Notes under the pieces: model-generated
Told to the model about the DNA's origin: nothing
Databases searched by the model: none
What the model saw: only the letters and a program-made list of their open reading frames with translations
Position numbers and translations under genes: made by a program
From: Mobula hypostoma
Lineage: Eukaryota
DNA length: 64,000 nt
Assembly (NCBI RefSeq): GCF_963921235.1
Contig: NC_086118.1
Span: 25,732,001 to 25,796,000 of the forward strand
Reading direction: 5' to 3'
Part shown: positions 13,823 through 26,949 of the stretch, in pieces
Numbering within the stretch: position 1 is the stretch's first letter
Layout of the letters: the number at the start of each line of letters is the position of its first letter

Positions 13823-15650
13823 TTAATTGATAAAGAGCATGCATCTTTGCTGTCTAGGTGTTCCAGGGTTGTGTGAAGAGCCAATGAGAAGGCATCTGCA
13901 GTGGATCCATTGCTCCAATTTATTAAACTGGAGTGGATCCACGTTGCTCTTCAGGCAGGAGCTGATACGTTGAGGCATCAGCCTCTCAAAACACTTCATC
14001 ACTCCGGATGTAGGTGCAACTGAATGGTAGTCATTGGGGCAGGTCACCACACTCCTTTTTGGCGCTGGTATAACTGAAGTCTGCTTGAAGCAGTTGGGTA
14101 CCACACTCTGTGAAGCAAGAGGTTAAAGATACCAGTGAACACGCCAGCCAGTTGGTCAGCACAGGTCTTTAGTACATGGTCAGGTACACCGTCCAGTCCA
14201 GATACTTTCCGTGGGTTCACCATCCTGAAGGCAGCCCACACTTCAGCTTCAGAGACTGAGATCAAAAGATCATCAGGAGGTGTGGGGGTTCTGGATGGTT
14301 CCCCCATTTTCAGACAGTTAAAATGAGCATAGGAAGTATTGAGCTCATCTGGAAGTGAAGCCCTGTTGTCTCCCATGTTGCTTGATTTATCTTTATAGGA
14401 GGTTATGGCGTTCAAACTCTGCCGCAGCTGTCGAGCATCCCTTGCTGATTCCAGTTTGGTCCATGAGACGGCTTTCCGGAGATCATACCTGGACCTCTTG
14501 TAGCACTCTTGGTCTCCAGACTTGAATGCCTCTGATCTGGCTCTCAGTAAATTTTGCAGACATCCCACCTCTCTCTGAAGTTCCGGGAGTCTCCCGCATA
14601 TTGATAGCGGCTCCCTGATGCCCGGAAATTATATACAATATCCCGCAAATCGATTTTTTGAGAGGGAGGGCGAGAGTAAGAGGGAGAGCGAGAGCGAGAG
14701 CGAGCATCTTAATTGGTCTCTCTTCGTGCTAAGTAGACCTATCAGTTTTCTCTGTGGGCAGACTTTACAGTCGACCTCAAACATAATGACGGTGTTGCTC
14801 GCTGCACTGTTTGCAACAGTGACTTCTCTATTGCCCATATTAGGTTAAAATGTAAAAGACATGTTGAGGTGAGTTTAACAGGTGACATTTGTTCATTAGT
14901 ATAGCTAATGTTATTTTAACTAGCTGGCTAGCTGCTAAGGAGCTACTCTATTGATGTCCTACGTGATGACGCCAAACTCCCTGTAGACTTGCTTAAAGTT
15001 GTAATAGAATAAACATGATAATATAATATAAGTACATATTTTAATGCCACATTTTCTGCATATATCCAACTTGGTTTACAGATTAGACAAAATCGCTAAA
15101 CAAGGTATTACATACACCCTTGGAGGTCGACCGGGGAGGGGGGATATGGGGATATGGGGTTGCGGGGGGCTGGGGTGCTACCTTCCTGAAATGGTGGTGC
15201 TATCTCCCTGAAATGAGTTTTTGCAGGGTAGGATGTCTGATTTTGGATCTCATGGGATCTCCAGGGATTCTGACTGGGGAAGATTCTGGGGACACAGTCA
15301 TCAACAGCTGTTTTAATAGTCTGTGACAAACCTGGTGTGTTCATGCATATCTCTAGCTGAGTGCTTGAACGTGGCCTAGTCCACTGACTCAAAGCAATCC
15401 TCTGATCATTCCTCTGCCTCCTGTGACCACCTCTGCATTGCCCTAATCTCTGGAGCCTGGCTTTTTAGGTTCTGCCTCTATGCAAGAAAAAGGAGGACAG
15501 CCAAGTGATTCAATTTTCCAAAATGCGGTCTGGGGAAGGAACGATGGGCATTCCTTATCATAGTGTAGCAGTGGTCTAGTGTGCTGGGACCTCTGGTGCT
15601 ACAGGCTAGATGCTGGTGATAATTGGGCAAGGTCTTCTTCAAACAGGTTG
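13823..15650 (-). mobile_element. Rex1/Babar LINE internal fragment, interrupted by a MITE
   Basis: ORFs 13823-14104 (VMKCFERL, DPLQF), 14044-14568 (LKTCADQLAGVFT), 15478-15678 (TRGPSTLDHCY). Confidence 0.88.
14557..15239. mobile_element. Non-autonomous TIR DNA transposon with 6-bp TSD (hAT-like)
   Basis: TIRs CAGACATCCCACC and GGTAGGATGTCTG (12/13 match). ATTTTG duplicated at 14551-14556 and 15240-15245. Host Rex1 rejoins on removal. Confidence 0.85.
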
Positions 15651-17414
15651 TTTGCATCTGCACCTGTTCGCCATTCATTAGGATTATTTATGGCATATTT
15701 CATCAGCCAAACATTCCTCCATAAAGTTGATATTCCTTGATTCCCTTAATCTCCAAAAATGTGCTCATCCCTGTCTTACACATACTGAGTGACTAAGGCA
15801 CCCCAGTCCTCTCACACAGCTCTGAAAGATTCACTGCACTCTGGCTACTGAAATTTCTTACTACATCAGCACTGGATGGTTAACCTTTAGTTTGAAACTC
15901 TGTCCCATTGTTCCAGCATCCCCTATCAGGGGATGTATAATCCTACATGTACTTTGTCAAGCCACTGAAAGTTTTACTGGAGTCACATTTCGGGAAGCAA
16001 AGAGGAATTCAGAGATGTACATTTATCTTCTGAGGGCAAATTTCTATCTGTGTTTCTGCTTGCAACAGGCAGTCTCTAATTAGTGCATTGGATAATTCAG
16101 GTATAAGCATTTTATCTAGACCATGGTTGGTCTATAGATTGTATCACCCTAAATAGGAGTTAATTAGCATGGATATGTTTAAAGGGAAACTACTTAAATA
16201 CACGAGGGAAAAAGAAATAAAAGACTATGCCCAAGGGTTTGCAAGAATAATCATGTGAAGCAAAAATACCATCATAGACTTGTTAGGCCAAATGGCCTGA
16301 TCTGGTACTGCAATTACTCTGTAACGCCACAAAAATAGATTGACTGTAAGCTGATTGTCTAATTAGTTTTTGTTGCGGAACTTGTCTGTGTAAATTGTCC
16401 TTTAAGCTGACACAATACTATTAATCTGCTAAACCAGTACATTCAGTCAAATGATATAATTCACAGTGTAGTACTGCTGGGCACACAGCCACTTTATATT
16501 GCAGTTAGCAAAGTACAATGATGAAAGAGTTCTGGAAGGGCATCACTAACATTAATATATCACTTCATAATTAGGAACGTGAATATATACTGATCTTAAA
16601 CTCTAAAGTAATTTAGCATTTGACGTAAAGATGCAAGGATAATAGAAGGATGATTATTAATTTGGAATGTATATTGAGTTACATGAGATGGCTTTCATCA
16701 TTATCTAAGTACATGTTAATTAACTGTGGGCAAATATAACCGGATTACAAAATGCATTTCAATATTCTTGGTCCTTGCCATGGAATGTTCATATTCTTTT
16801 ATAATGAAACACTCAAACTTCAGTTCAATTTACTTTGAGAGCTGTTATCCAACTTTTGGTAATCTAAATCTGTTACTGTTAATACTAATATCCTTCATTT
16901 TAAATCATAAATTTAAATCGGCTTTATTTATTTGCAAGATATATGTGTGGAGTAACTATTATTTCAGATAATTGTTAAACAGAAATGTATTCAGAGACTT
17001 TTTAAAACTACTAATGATTTAACTGGAATCCAAAAATTAGATGACATAAAACTGGATACTTTTGTTTACTGCTTTATTAAACATAGATTAATTTGAGAAT
17101 ATTAAAAAGCCTGAGTTCTAAAGGAGTTTCACTTTTGCTGTGTCTTGTAGCTGTATTATACATAACAATTATTCCTGTGGTAAAAATTCTTGATAAAGAA
17201 TAAATAACACTTGAAATTGTTCGTAGTTTGTGGCTATGTTTTTAGGAAATGTCTGTATCTGAGTTAGGGAAACAAAACTAAATTTTATTTCTTATAATTA
17301 ATAGCCTTGGTGTCTAATGGAGTGGGAGTTGTTGTGCTGTAGAATTCAGCCAATCAAACACAGCAATTACAATCACAACTTGCAAAGCACCATTCAAAGT
17401 TCAAAGTTCAAAGT

Positions 17415-18465
17415 TCACTCCTACACAGTGGAGATGGCATCTGATGGCATCTGGAGGTGACATATCAATCTGCTGAGGATAGTTGAGTCAATTGTTTGAG
17501 AAGAAAGGTGGCCAGAACTGCCAGAACCACTTCCTGCAGTGCCGGAGTAAACTCCTACAACCACCTCTGAACCTGAGATTGTTTCGCAGCCACAAGTCTC
17601 ACCTGCCAAGCAAAGTGATTCTCCTTGTCAGGATAAATGTTATTTCACAGAAGTAAGAAATCCCCTACAGAGGTTAAATGTTTTGACCTGAATGGGACAA
17701 TTTAAAATTTACTATGCCGTGGATGTCTATATAGCAGTTGTATTAATGACATTTACAGGAAGATGTTTCCTGCTTGGCGTTGCTGCCCGCCACACTTCCA
17801 ACTGAGCTCTTGTGTCAGCTGCACGGTATTAGCCAGGGACTACCGCTCTCTGATGGTTCACTCCCTTAGCCCTGGTACATCTCCTGGTGGCAGAGATGTC
17901 TCCCAGCCACCCTCTGCAGCTTCCAGTGTGGCTAGATGGTCCCCCAATTTCTGTCCTTTCTCATCAGCCACAGACACAGTCCTCAGGCAACTCTCTGGTG
18001 GCCCTCCTGAGCTTTGCCCGAGTCACTGCCATATCATGGAGTAACCTTGTTGTCGATGCATTGATGGTGCCCTGGCATCCTATCTCCACAAGGTAGATGA
18101 TGGTTCTCCAGCCAGATACAATACAGGGTATTATATGGTGTATTATATAGTATTGCCTAAGATGACTAGAGAGCAAAAAGTTACATATTTGAATTGGAGT
18201 CTATAGCTAAGCAGGGAGGACTGCAGTGTATTTATTGTTTCAGTAATATTTGAGTGATATTGTAAATATATTGTTTGATTAAGCATTCTTTCTTTATTTA
18301 TATAATTCATTACGGGTTATTTGTAAGAAGTACGTGAATGGTATACGTCATTATGCCACCATGCCATATGTAGGTGACTCGCTGAAGAAAAACTAAGTAG
18401 ACAAAACACATCCCGGCTTCCCTGTTGATCTTTCAATTAGTTTCTTAAGTTACAAAACAGAACTA
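17415..18465 (+). mobile_element. Gypsy LTR retrotransposon 3' remnant (integrase tail, PPT, 3' LTR)
   Basis: SYTVEMASDGIWR*HINLLR and VRNPLQRLN match typical fish Gypsy pol C-termini. Purine tract AAGCAGGGAGGA near 18209 precedes an AT-rich LTR-like block. Confidence 0.7.
17745..18120 (-). mobile_element. Hero-clade (restriction-like endonuclease) non-LTR element, 3' end, inside the Gypsy remnant
   Basis: GWRTIIYLVEIGCQG...STTRLL...KLRRATREL, then in another frame LWLMRKDRNWG*. Resembles the Hero C-terminus (YPVEVGCRG...WLWLRR) as I recall it. Confidence 0.75.
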
Positions 18466-19137
18466 AATGAAATCAGGAAACTATCACACTATGCTGTTGA
18501 CATTAATACCATTTGAAGTGACCCAGAAAGATTATGCATACTGCAATACTATAAGGTTAGTTCTTAAGAAGAAAACCACTATTTGCCTATAATTAAGGAT
18601 TATGATAATTCAAGAAAGGATATCAGCTTTTGAGGGCAACTGGGGATCAGTAATAAATATGGCTAAGATGCCTGTATCTTCAGAAAATATTAAAAAATCC
18701 ACCTTCTAAATTAATTTTTTCTGATTAATTGAAATAGAGGTAGATATGGAAAAATCCTAAAATGAAAGGAGTCTTTGCAATTGTTCCTTTCACATTCATA
18801 GAATATCCAACACAATTTATGAGTTGGCTTATTGCTTTTGAAATATTGCCATTAGCTAAATGCAAAAGCCTCTACAGCTTCCATGGCCAACAATCAAAAA
18901 TCAAGTCAACCAAACACTCCAGTACATCTGATATATTTTCTCAGCCAATTAAATATCTAACCAAAATATAAAAATAATTTGCAAAAAATTCCTTTAGACT
19001 AATATATGTGCTGCTGGAATAAGGGTTTTTGCAGGGCCTAAGCTCATTCGGTTCCCTGGCATAAGTAAGTTTGGTCCTATTCTGAGATGTTATCTTCACT
19101 GGATACATCCTTTTACAACTGGAGCTTTTGTTCTTGA

Positions 19138-19500
19138 AGACACAACAGACTGCAGATGCTGGTATCTGGAGCAAAATGCGTTGGAAGAATTCAACAGGTC
19201 AGCACTGTAGATGCAAATGGACAATGGACATTCCGTACCAAGACCCTACATCGGGAGAGAGAGAGTGTGCAGAGAAGATAGCCAGTATTTGGAAGTGAGA
19301 GGGAGGCGTGAAACAGAGGCTTGTAGGTGACAGGTGGAATCAGACAAGGGAGAAATGATGAGCAGATGGAACCATGTGGTTGATGGAATAGAAAAGGTTA
19401 ACCAAAGAAGAAGAATCTGAAGTGGACGGCGATATGTGTGATGAGCAGGTAGAACCAGGTGAAGGGAGGGCAATACGGCTTGGCAATGGGGACAGGAGGG
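19138..19500 (-). mobile_element. Degenerate Penelope-derived non-autonomous element
   Basis: CTGCAGATGCTGG end, purine-rich body, decayed hammerhead-like motif at about 19222-19256. Confidence 0.65.
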
Positions 19501-19619
19501 AGGAAATTGATGAAAGAAGTGTAGAAGGATTGGCTGATTCTGGATACTTGCCAGCAAGGATTAACCCAAGCTCAACTGTGTTATTGTTAGGTCTAATGTA
19601 AGCATTTTCTTCTTCAATA

Positions 19620-19765
19620 CAGGTCGACCTTCACTAAACCGTCTACCTGTAATCTGGTTCCTTTGTTAATCCGGCACTGATTATGCTTAATGTGATCCTT
19701 CTGTAATTCAGCATTTTCACTAATCCTCAAGTCCCAATGGTGTCAGGTTAGTGAAGGTCAACCTG
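19620..19765. mobile_element. 146-bp Tc1/mariner (Tigger-like) MITE
   Basis: TIRs CAGGTCGACCTTCACTAA and TTAGTGAAGGTCAACCTG (17/18 match), TA on both flanks. Confidence 0.9.
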
Positions 19766-20721
19766 TATTAACTTTTATGCTTTCCACTCACTTCATCACC
19801 TTGAATATGTTGACCTGCATTCGTCATTGCCCTCTCCCACCACTAACGCCTGCACTTCCCATGCACATCGAGCTCCACAGTGCTGCTCTCCTTCAGGCTT
19901 ACATTGGCAATCAATAGCTTGGTGAATCATCTTGAGTTTAACTGCATTTCCACCCCCTGTCATTACTGATGAGTTGTCTACATGTCTGGCATGATAAGTC
20001 ACCAGTTCATTGCCATTCTTGTTAAGATTAAACAGCAGTAGTACAAAGTTTTACAAATAACTCACTCTCCTGTGTCTACTTCTGTCAAAATATTAGCCAC
20101 AATATTAAAACGATCTACAAGAAAAAAAAGGTTAAAATTTATTTTATTGCAGTGCAGTTGTTAATAAGAAAGCAAAACCATGTGTAAGTTGATAAAATAA
20201 TAGCAAATAACTGGAGTAATTATTTTGAAATATGCAGTACAGCAGATGAATATTTACACTGTAAGTACACCTCAATATTATCACTGAGAAAGTGTTTCCT
20301 TTTCTGGTTTGCTTGTATGTGCATGCAAATTATACGTGGTTATCATATTGAAGTTAAAATGAACTGAATAAGGTCCACTGAGCTCTAAGCACATTCCTGA
20401 AAGCACAATACAATGTTTTATTGCCTTGGTACAGATTGCTATTAGATTCAGAAATGTATATTTCATACCTCAGCATTTCACCACAGGTCCTAATACCTTT
20501 ACAATAGCTTAAAGCTTCTGACATTCAAGAAACATTGCAGTAGTCAAAGCACATCATGTTTTCCCTCGGGAGAAGGAAATGTTCCTGTATAAAAATCTAT
20601 ATGATCTTGCACGTAGGTATGAAAATGAAATGTTAAAAAGTTTAAATCTCTATGCAGCGGATTGTAACAAATGGAAGCATTCCTGCAGAGTACAGTCATG
20701 CAGTTCTGCGTGCCCAGCTAT

Positions 20722-23130
20722 CAAGGTCAAAGTCAAAGTAAAATCTATTATACAAGTACATATATTTTACAACATTGCCTTGAATTTCATTTTCTTGCGA
20801 TCATTTACATGAGAAAAAGAAATACAAGAAATACATGAGGTAAGTGAAGTTGAGTGAAGATTGGTGGTGGTGTGGATAGCATAGAAGATCGGCATAGAAT
20901 ACAGCGGGATATAAATCATTTGCAGATATGGGCAGAGAAATGGCAGATGGAGTTTAACTCAAACAAGTGTGAAGTTTTGTACCTTGATAGGTCAAATGTA
21001 AAGGCAAGACTCTTAACAGTGTTGATGACTAGGTGATCTTGGGGTCCGAGTTCATAGCTCTCTGAAAGTGACTACATAGGATGGTAGGTTGGTTAAGAAG
21101 GCACATAGAATGCTTGTCTTCATTAGTAGAGGCATTGAGTTCAAAAATCGTTTATATTTCAGCTTTATAAAACTCTAGTTCGGCCACATCTGGAATATTG
21201 CATACAGTTCTGGTTGACCTATTATAGGAAGAATGTTGTGGCTTTGGAGAGGGCGCAGAAGAGACTTTCCTGGATGCTACCTGGTTTGGTGGGCATGTGC
21301 TGTAACGAGAGGTTGGACAAACTTGATTTGTTTCTTCAGAGTGGCTGAGGCTGACAGGATAGCTGATAAAGGTTTAGAAGATTATGAGAGGCATAGATAG
21401 AGTAGACAGATAATACCTTTCTCCAAAGGCTGAAATGCCGAATGCCAGAGGACATGCATTTGAGGTAAGAAAGGGTAGTTTCAAAGGAGATGTGAAGAGA
21501 AAGTTATTTTACACAAAGAGTGGTGGGTGCATGGAATGCGTCACCCTGGAGAGATGGTAGAGGCAGATATATTAGAGACTTTTAAGAGAAGTTTAGACGG
21601 GCAAATGAATGTGAGGAAAATGGCAGAGTGGATTAGCTAGGTTGGGCATTTGATTACTAATTTAATTGGATAGGCACAACATTGTGAGCCAAAGGGTCTG
21701 TACCTGTGCTGTACTGTTCTATGTTCTATGTTGTATGTTCAAGACTGCCCAACAACAAATGTGCAAAAGAAGATAAACTGTGAAAATAATAATTTAAAAA
21801 ATAAATAAAGGTAGAGTCTTTAAAATAAGTCTCTAGGTTGTGGAATCAGGTCAGAGTTGTGGTGAGTGAAGTTATTCATGCTGGTTCAGGAGCCTGACAG
21901 TTGTAGAGTAATAACTGTATTTGAACCTGTTGGTATGGGATCTAAGGCTCTGTTACCTCCTGCTCAATGATAATAGTGAGAGGAAAGTGTGGCCTGAATG
22001 GTTGGGGTCCTTGATGATGAATGCTTTCTTTTGGCAGCTCTCCACATAAATGTGCCCAATGGTGGGGAAGCCTTTTCCTGTGATGGACTGGTGTATCATG
22101 ACTTTCTCTGGACTTTTCCACTTCTGGGCATTGTTTTTTTTCCATACTAGGCCGTGATGCAAACTGTTAGGACAGTCTACACTGTGCATCTATAGAAGAT
22201 TGTCAGATTTTTTGGTGGGATACTGAATCAACAAAAATCTCTATGAAAGTAGAAGTGCCGTCATACCTTTCTTTGCAAAAGCATTTACGTGCTGATCCAA
22301 GGAGAGATTCTCTGATAAGATAACACCAAGTAATTTAAAGCTACAGAGCCTCTCCACTCCAGCTCAGGACTGGTTCATGGATCTTCAGTTTCCTCCTCCT
22401 GTAGTCATTAATCAGGTTTTTGGTTTTGCTTTTGAAGAGTTGGAGTTTGTTGTTGTGGTACCATTCAACCAGATATTCAGTCTCCCTCCTCCATACTGAT
22501 TCATCAATACCTTTGATTCACCCAGCAACAGTGGTTTCATCAGCAAACATCAAGTACGACATTGAAGCTGTACTTAGCCACAAAATCATAGGTATAATGC
22601 GAGTAAAGCAGGTGACTGAGCACATAACCATGTGGAGCACCTGTGCTGATAGTGATTGTGGAGGAGATGCTGTTGCCAATCCAAACTGACTGGGGCCTGA
22701 ATGTGAGGAAATTGAGGATCCAGTTGCACAGGGAGGTGTTGAAGCCTAGGTCTTGGAGCTTAGTGATGAGCTGCGAGGGGATGATAGTGTTGAATGCTGA
22801 GCTGAAGTCAAGGAAGGGCATCATGATGTATGCATCTTCATTGACCAGGCGTTCCAGAGCTGAGTGAAGAGCCAATGAAATTACATCTGCTGTTGACCTA
22901 TTGAGATGATAGGCAAATTGGAGTGGATCCAAGTCACTTCTCGGGCAGGAGATGATACGCTTCAAGACCAACTTCATCGCAGTGAATGTAAGTGCATCTG
23001 GATAACAGCCACTGAGGCAGATTACCACGTTATTCTTGAGTACTGGTATGATTGAAGCCTCTTTGAAGGAGGTGGGTAACTTAGATTGCTTAAATGAAAG
23101 GTAGAAGATGTCCATAAATCTTCAACCTCT
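20722..23130 (-). mobile_element. Rex1/Babar LINE 3' half, containing a nested CR1
   Basis: ORF 22540-23115 (DPLQFAY, DFSSAFNTI, GAPHGYVLSHLLY), IIKDPNH motif, (ACTTTG)-like tail near 20725. Confidence 0.85.
20850..21740 (+). mobile_element. Degraded CR1 3' fragment
   Basis: WAEKWQMEFNSNKC, LVRPHLEYC, (TGTTCTA)n tail at about 21715-21740. Confidence 0.88.
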
Positions 23131-24194
23131 CAAAATGGACCTGGATGTGAGATGGAAAGGAAATATTTTTACACTTTTATTTTCACTTTGGCATAATATT
23201 CCTAATTGGTCACAGTAGATGGGGGCCTAAAGAGTAATAGTTAAGTATGGGCCAAATGGTCATAAACAATTGTTAAGTTACTTTGGAAAGACAGGAACCA
23301 TTGTCAGGTTGGCCATCTTAGCAATCAAATTGTAAACAGAAAGGTCTTACAAGCTCCAAAATGAATCACCAGACAGACAATCGAATGGCCATGTTAGTTC
23401 CAGGGACACTGGAAATACTTCCTAATCTAGAAATCTGATACATAGCTCTGATTGTTTCAGCACCATGTGACTGTGAATTGGTTGGAACAATATGCTATCG
23501 TGGCCACTTCTGCTTCATTTTGTATCTCCCTTAAAATTCACTCAGGCACTTTCTGAAAAGGATTACACACGGGCAATCAAGCAAATTTTCATCAAGCAAA
23601 TCTCCAACTGTATCTACTGGGCGGGTGGGGGGGGGGTGGTGTGGAAATTAGTCTATATTTTCCAGGAAGAGCTCATCTTTGAGTCAAACACATTTCCATG
23701 CCAGGGCATTAGAGTGTGATCCCACTAAGGTAAGCCCCATACATCTGTCCATTAGGTTTCCATCTACTATGATCGGGACAGCCTAAACAGTGAATTTATT
23801 CCCTCATCCTCCCTGTTTGAACCACTTTCCGATATCCTGAAACTCCAATGACCCAGACCTGACCTTCTGAAGTCACAGGTTCCCAGTCCATCTTCTTTTA
23901 AACCCCTGAACCTCAAGATGGAAGTCCTGTTCTTCTTAGAATGGCACAATACCGATTGCTGCTCTAACCCACCTATGCATGATCCAGTAAGACCTTGTAA
24001 CGCTGACACTCTCTTCCCACCCACTAAACATCCTGGAACTGGCTTTGGTCCATTTCCTTTTCATAATCTGCAATGTTCAAAAGAAAAATGCATCATTGGT
24101 TTAGAGGCGGACAAGATATTGAACCTCAATACTACTGAGGTTTGCAACATGATGAGAAAAGACTGTGTAATGACTACATATCAAAATGTGATCT

Positions 24195-25125
24195 TGCTTT
24201 TCACTCATGACTATATGGCTAATTGCAGCTCCAACACCATATTCAAGTTTGATGATGACACCACTGTTGTGGGCTAAGTCAAAGGTGGTAACGAATCAGC
24301 AGACGGGAGGGAGGTCATAACAAGACCTTTCATTCAATGTCAACAAAACCAAGGAACTGAATGTAGGCTTCAGGAGAGGGCAAACAGAGGTCCATGAGCC
24401 AGTAGTAATCAGAGATCAAAGGTGGAGAGAGTCAGTAACTTCAAATTTCTGGGTGTCACTATCTCAGAGGACTGGTTCAGGACCATTGCAAAGAAAGCAT
24501 GACAATGTCTCTACTTTCTTAGGAGTCTGCATAGATTTGACTTGTCACCTTGACAAACTTCTGCTGATGTGTAGTGGAGAGTACTGGCTGCATTACGGCC
24601 TGGTATGGGAACACTGATGCCTTTGAGTAGACATCCCTACAAAAGGTAGTGGATTCAGCCCAGTATATCATGGGTAAAGCCCTCTCAATCACTGAGCTCA
24701 TCAAATTGAAATGCCATCACAGAAAAGCAGCATCCATCATCAAAGATTGTCACCACCTAGCCCATGCTCTTTTCTCACTGCTGCCATCAGGTAGAAAGTA
24801 CAAGAGCTTCAGGACTTGCACCACCAGGTTCAAGAGCAATTACCACCCCTCAACTATCAGGCTCTTGAACAAAAGAGGATAACTACATTCATTCTATTTC
24901 TGATATTCCCACAACCAATTAAATCACTTTAAGGACTCTTTACCTTGTTATTTCATGCTCTCGTTATTTATTGCTGTTTATTTACATCCGCGTTTGCACA
25001 GTTTGTTGTTCATTGATCCTGTTTACAGTTACTGTTCTCTGGATTTGCACAGGAAAAAGAATCTCAGGGTTGTATCTGCTGACATGTATGTACTCTGATA
25101 ATAAATGTTACTTTGAACTTTGAAC
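24195..25125 (+). mobile_element. Rex1/Babar 3' fragment
   Basis: IFKFDDDTTVVG, LFSLLPSGRKY, (ACTTTGA)n tail. Confidence 0.85.
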
Positions 25126-26619
25126 ATTATCATATCTGTTAAGGTGCACAGCTATTTCTGGGATCCTACTCTTCATGAGTAACATCCTGGGATCTTTTAT
25201 ATCCATTTGAGAATATAGATGAAGCTTCAGTTTCTTGTCTCATTTGATATCATCAGTAAAAAATTTCTAGTTTATTAATTTCAAAACAGAAATATCAAAA
25301 TAGTTGATGTTCTTGTTCGTAATGCATGATGAGTAGAAATCAGACAGGATTGAGATAAACTGGCATTACCAAATAGACCTTTGCAATTTACAAAGGACAT
25401 GCAATATTTTTGAGCACAGCAAAGTGTCCAAATATATTCTATCATCAAGATGGATTCAGAGATTAATTTGTGTACCATCAGTTTTAACTTTAATTGGATG
25501 CCAGGTGGAAAATAGAAGACATAAAAATATTTATGTGCCAGAACATAAAACATGATAAAACTTCTAATAAAGTATTAATACATAGATGCAATGATCTGTT
25601 GACAATGAGTCACATTCTGAGGATAGTTTAGAAGTATCACAGAAGGAATCAAGAACCATAGCACGAAGTAAATGATGAGACATTCTGCATCACAGGAGTG
25701 AAACTGCTACCAGGAGATTGTTGGAAAATGTGATGAGCAAATGGAAGAGAAAAGTCAAAAACAATCACCTCTCCATGTAAAGCTCTACGATCAACAATTC
25801 AATTGCTCAAAAGCATAGGGAAAACAATGCTTCCACTGCTTGAAGTTCACTAGGGAGATTGATCATCAACTGAATCTGACTGAGACAGACACCTGCAGTT
25901 TAATTCAATGACGTACCTCAACAGATTGAGTTCTGATGAAGGGTTATGATTCTGAGTGTTAGCATTTGTTTCTCTTTTTGCGGGTGCTGCTTGCTTTTCT
26001 GGGTGGTGCCAGTACATTCTGTTTATAAGAGAAAGAACGCTTAATGGGTTAACGACCAACCATTCTGCATAGAATGACAATGAGACAAATCTTGCTGACT
26101 GGAGTGGACAGTTTCAGCCTTACAGATTTTTAAATGTCAGGAGGTCTCAGAGCCATGTCCATCTGTGACTGAAGGCAGAACTCCAAGACTTGCTGAGTGT
26201 ATTTGTCACTACGCTATGCAAAGTCCATTGGAAGAGCTCTCTCTGACTGAGAGGCCAAGGATAAATTATTTATTATTTAGTTATATCACTTTGTTTTAAT
26301 ATTTTTAATTGCTTTATAGTTCTGATCTATTATCATTGAATGTTGTTTCTTTCAATGGATCAATTTAATATCAGAGAATGTATATGGTATACAACCTGAA
26401 ATTCTTATTCTCCACTGACATCCACAAAACAGAATGAATGACAGGAAAATATTAGAAACACAACGCCCACCCCCCCCCCCCACACAATCAGAATCAGGAT
26501 CCGATTTAATATCATCAGCATATGTCATGAAACTTTATGGCAGCAGTACAATGAAATACATGATAAATAAATATAGAGAAAAAACTGAGTTACATTAAGT
26601 AGATATAGAAAAAGAAAAA

Positions 26620-26808
26620 AGTGGAGTCATCGGGACGCCATCATGATGGCATCTTTTTAGCAGGCTTTCTTATTTTTATGAGGCCAAGTTTCTAGCTTGA
26701 CGCTCAACCCAGCACGGATGGAAAGCGTGCAAAGGAGCCAGCTGGATTTGAACTCGGTAGCCTTCTCTCCGAAGTCCGGTGCTGATGCCACTACACCACC
26801 AGCCGGCA
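26620..26808 (-). mobile_element. Short tRNA-derived SINE (duplicate at about 31110-31297)
   Basis: Minus strand A box TGGTGTAGTGG and B box GAGTTCAAATCC. Confidence 0.75.
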
Positions 26809-26949
26809 TTAAGTTTATATATGACTATTAAATTAAAACAGAGGTCCATAAGCCAGTAGTAATTGGAGATCAGAGGCGGAGAGGGTCAGTAACTTTAAAT
26901 TCCCACGTGTCACTATCTAAGAGGACTGGTTCAGGACCATTGCAAAGAA

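Noticed and set aside
20469..20584. In-frame TGA as selenocysteine (also 47609-47757)
   Set aside because: Other candidate exons contain TAA/TAG stops and frameshifts, and I saw no SECIS. Decay is the simpler explanation.
25281..25553. ORF 'conserved' with 29790-30062
   Set aside because: The similarity is explained by the recent tandem duplication and is not evidence of selection.
25928..25965. Further hammerhead motifs (here, its duplicate near 30440, and near 448, 19230, 43500 and 53200)
   Set aside because: The CUGANGA or GAAA core is mutated or truncated, so they are unlikely to be active.
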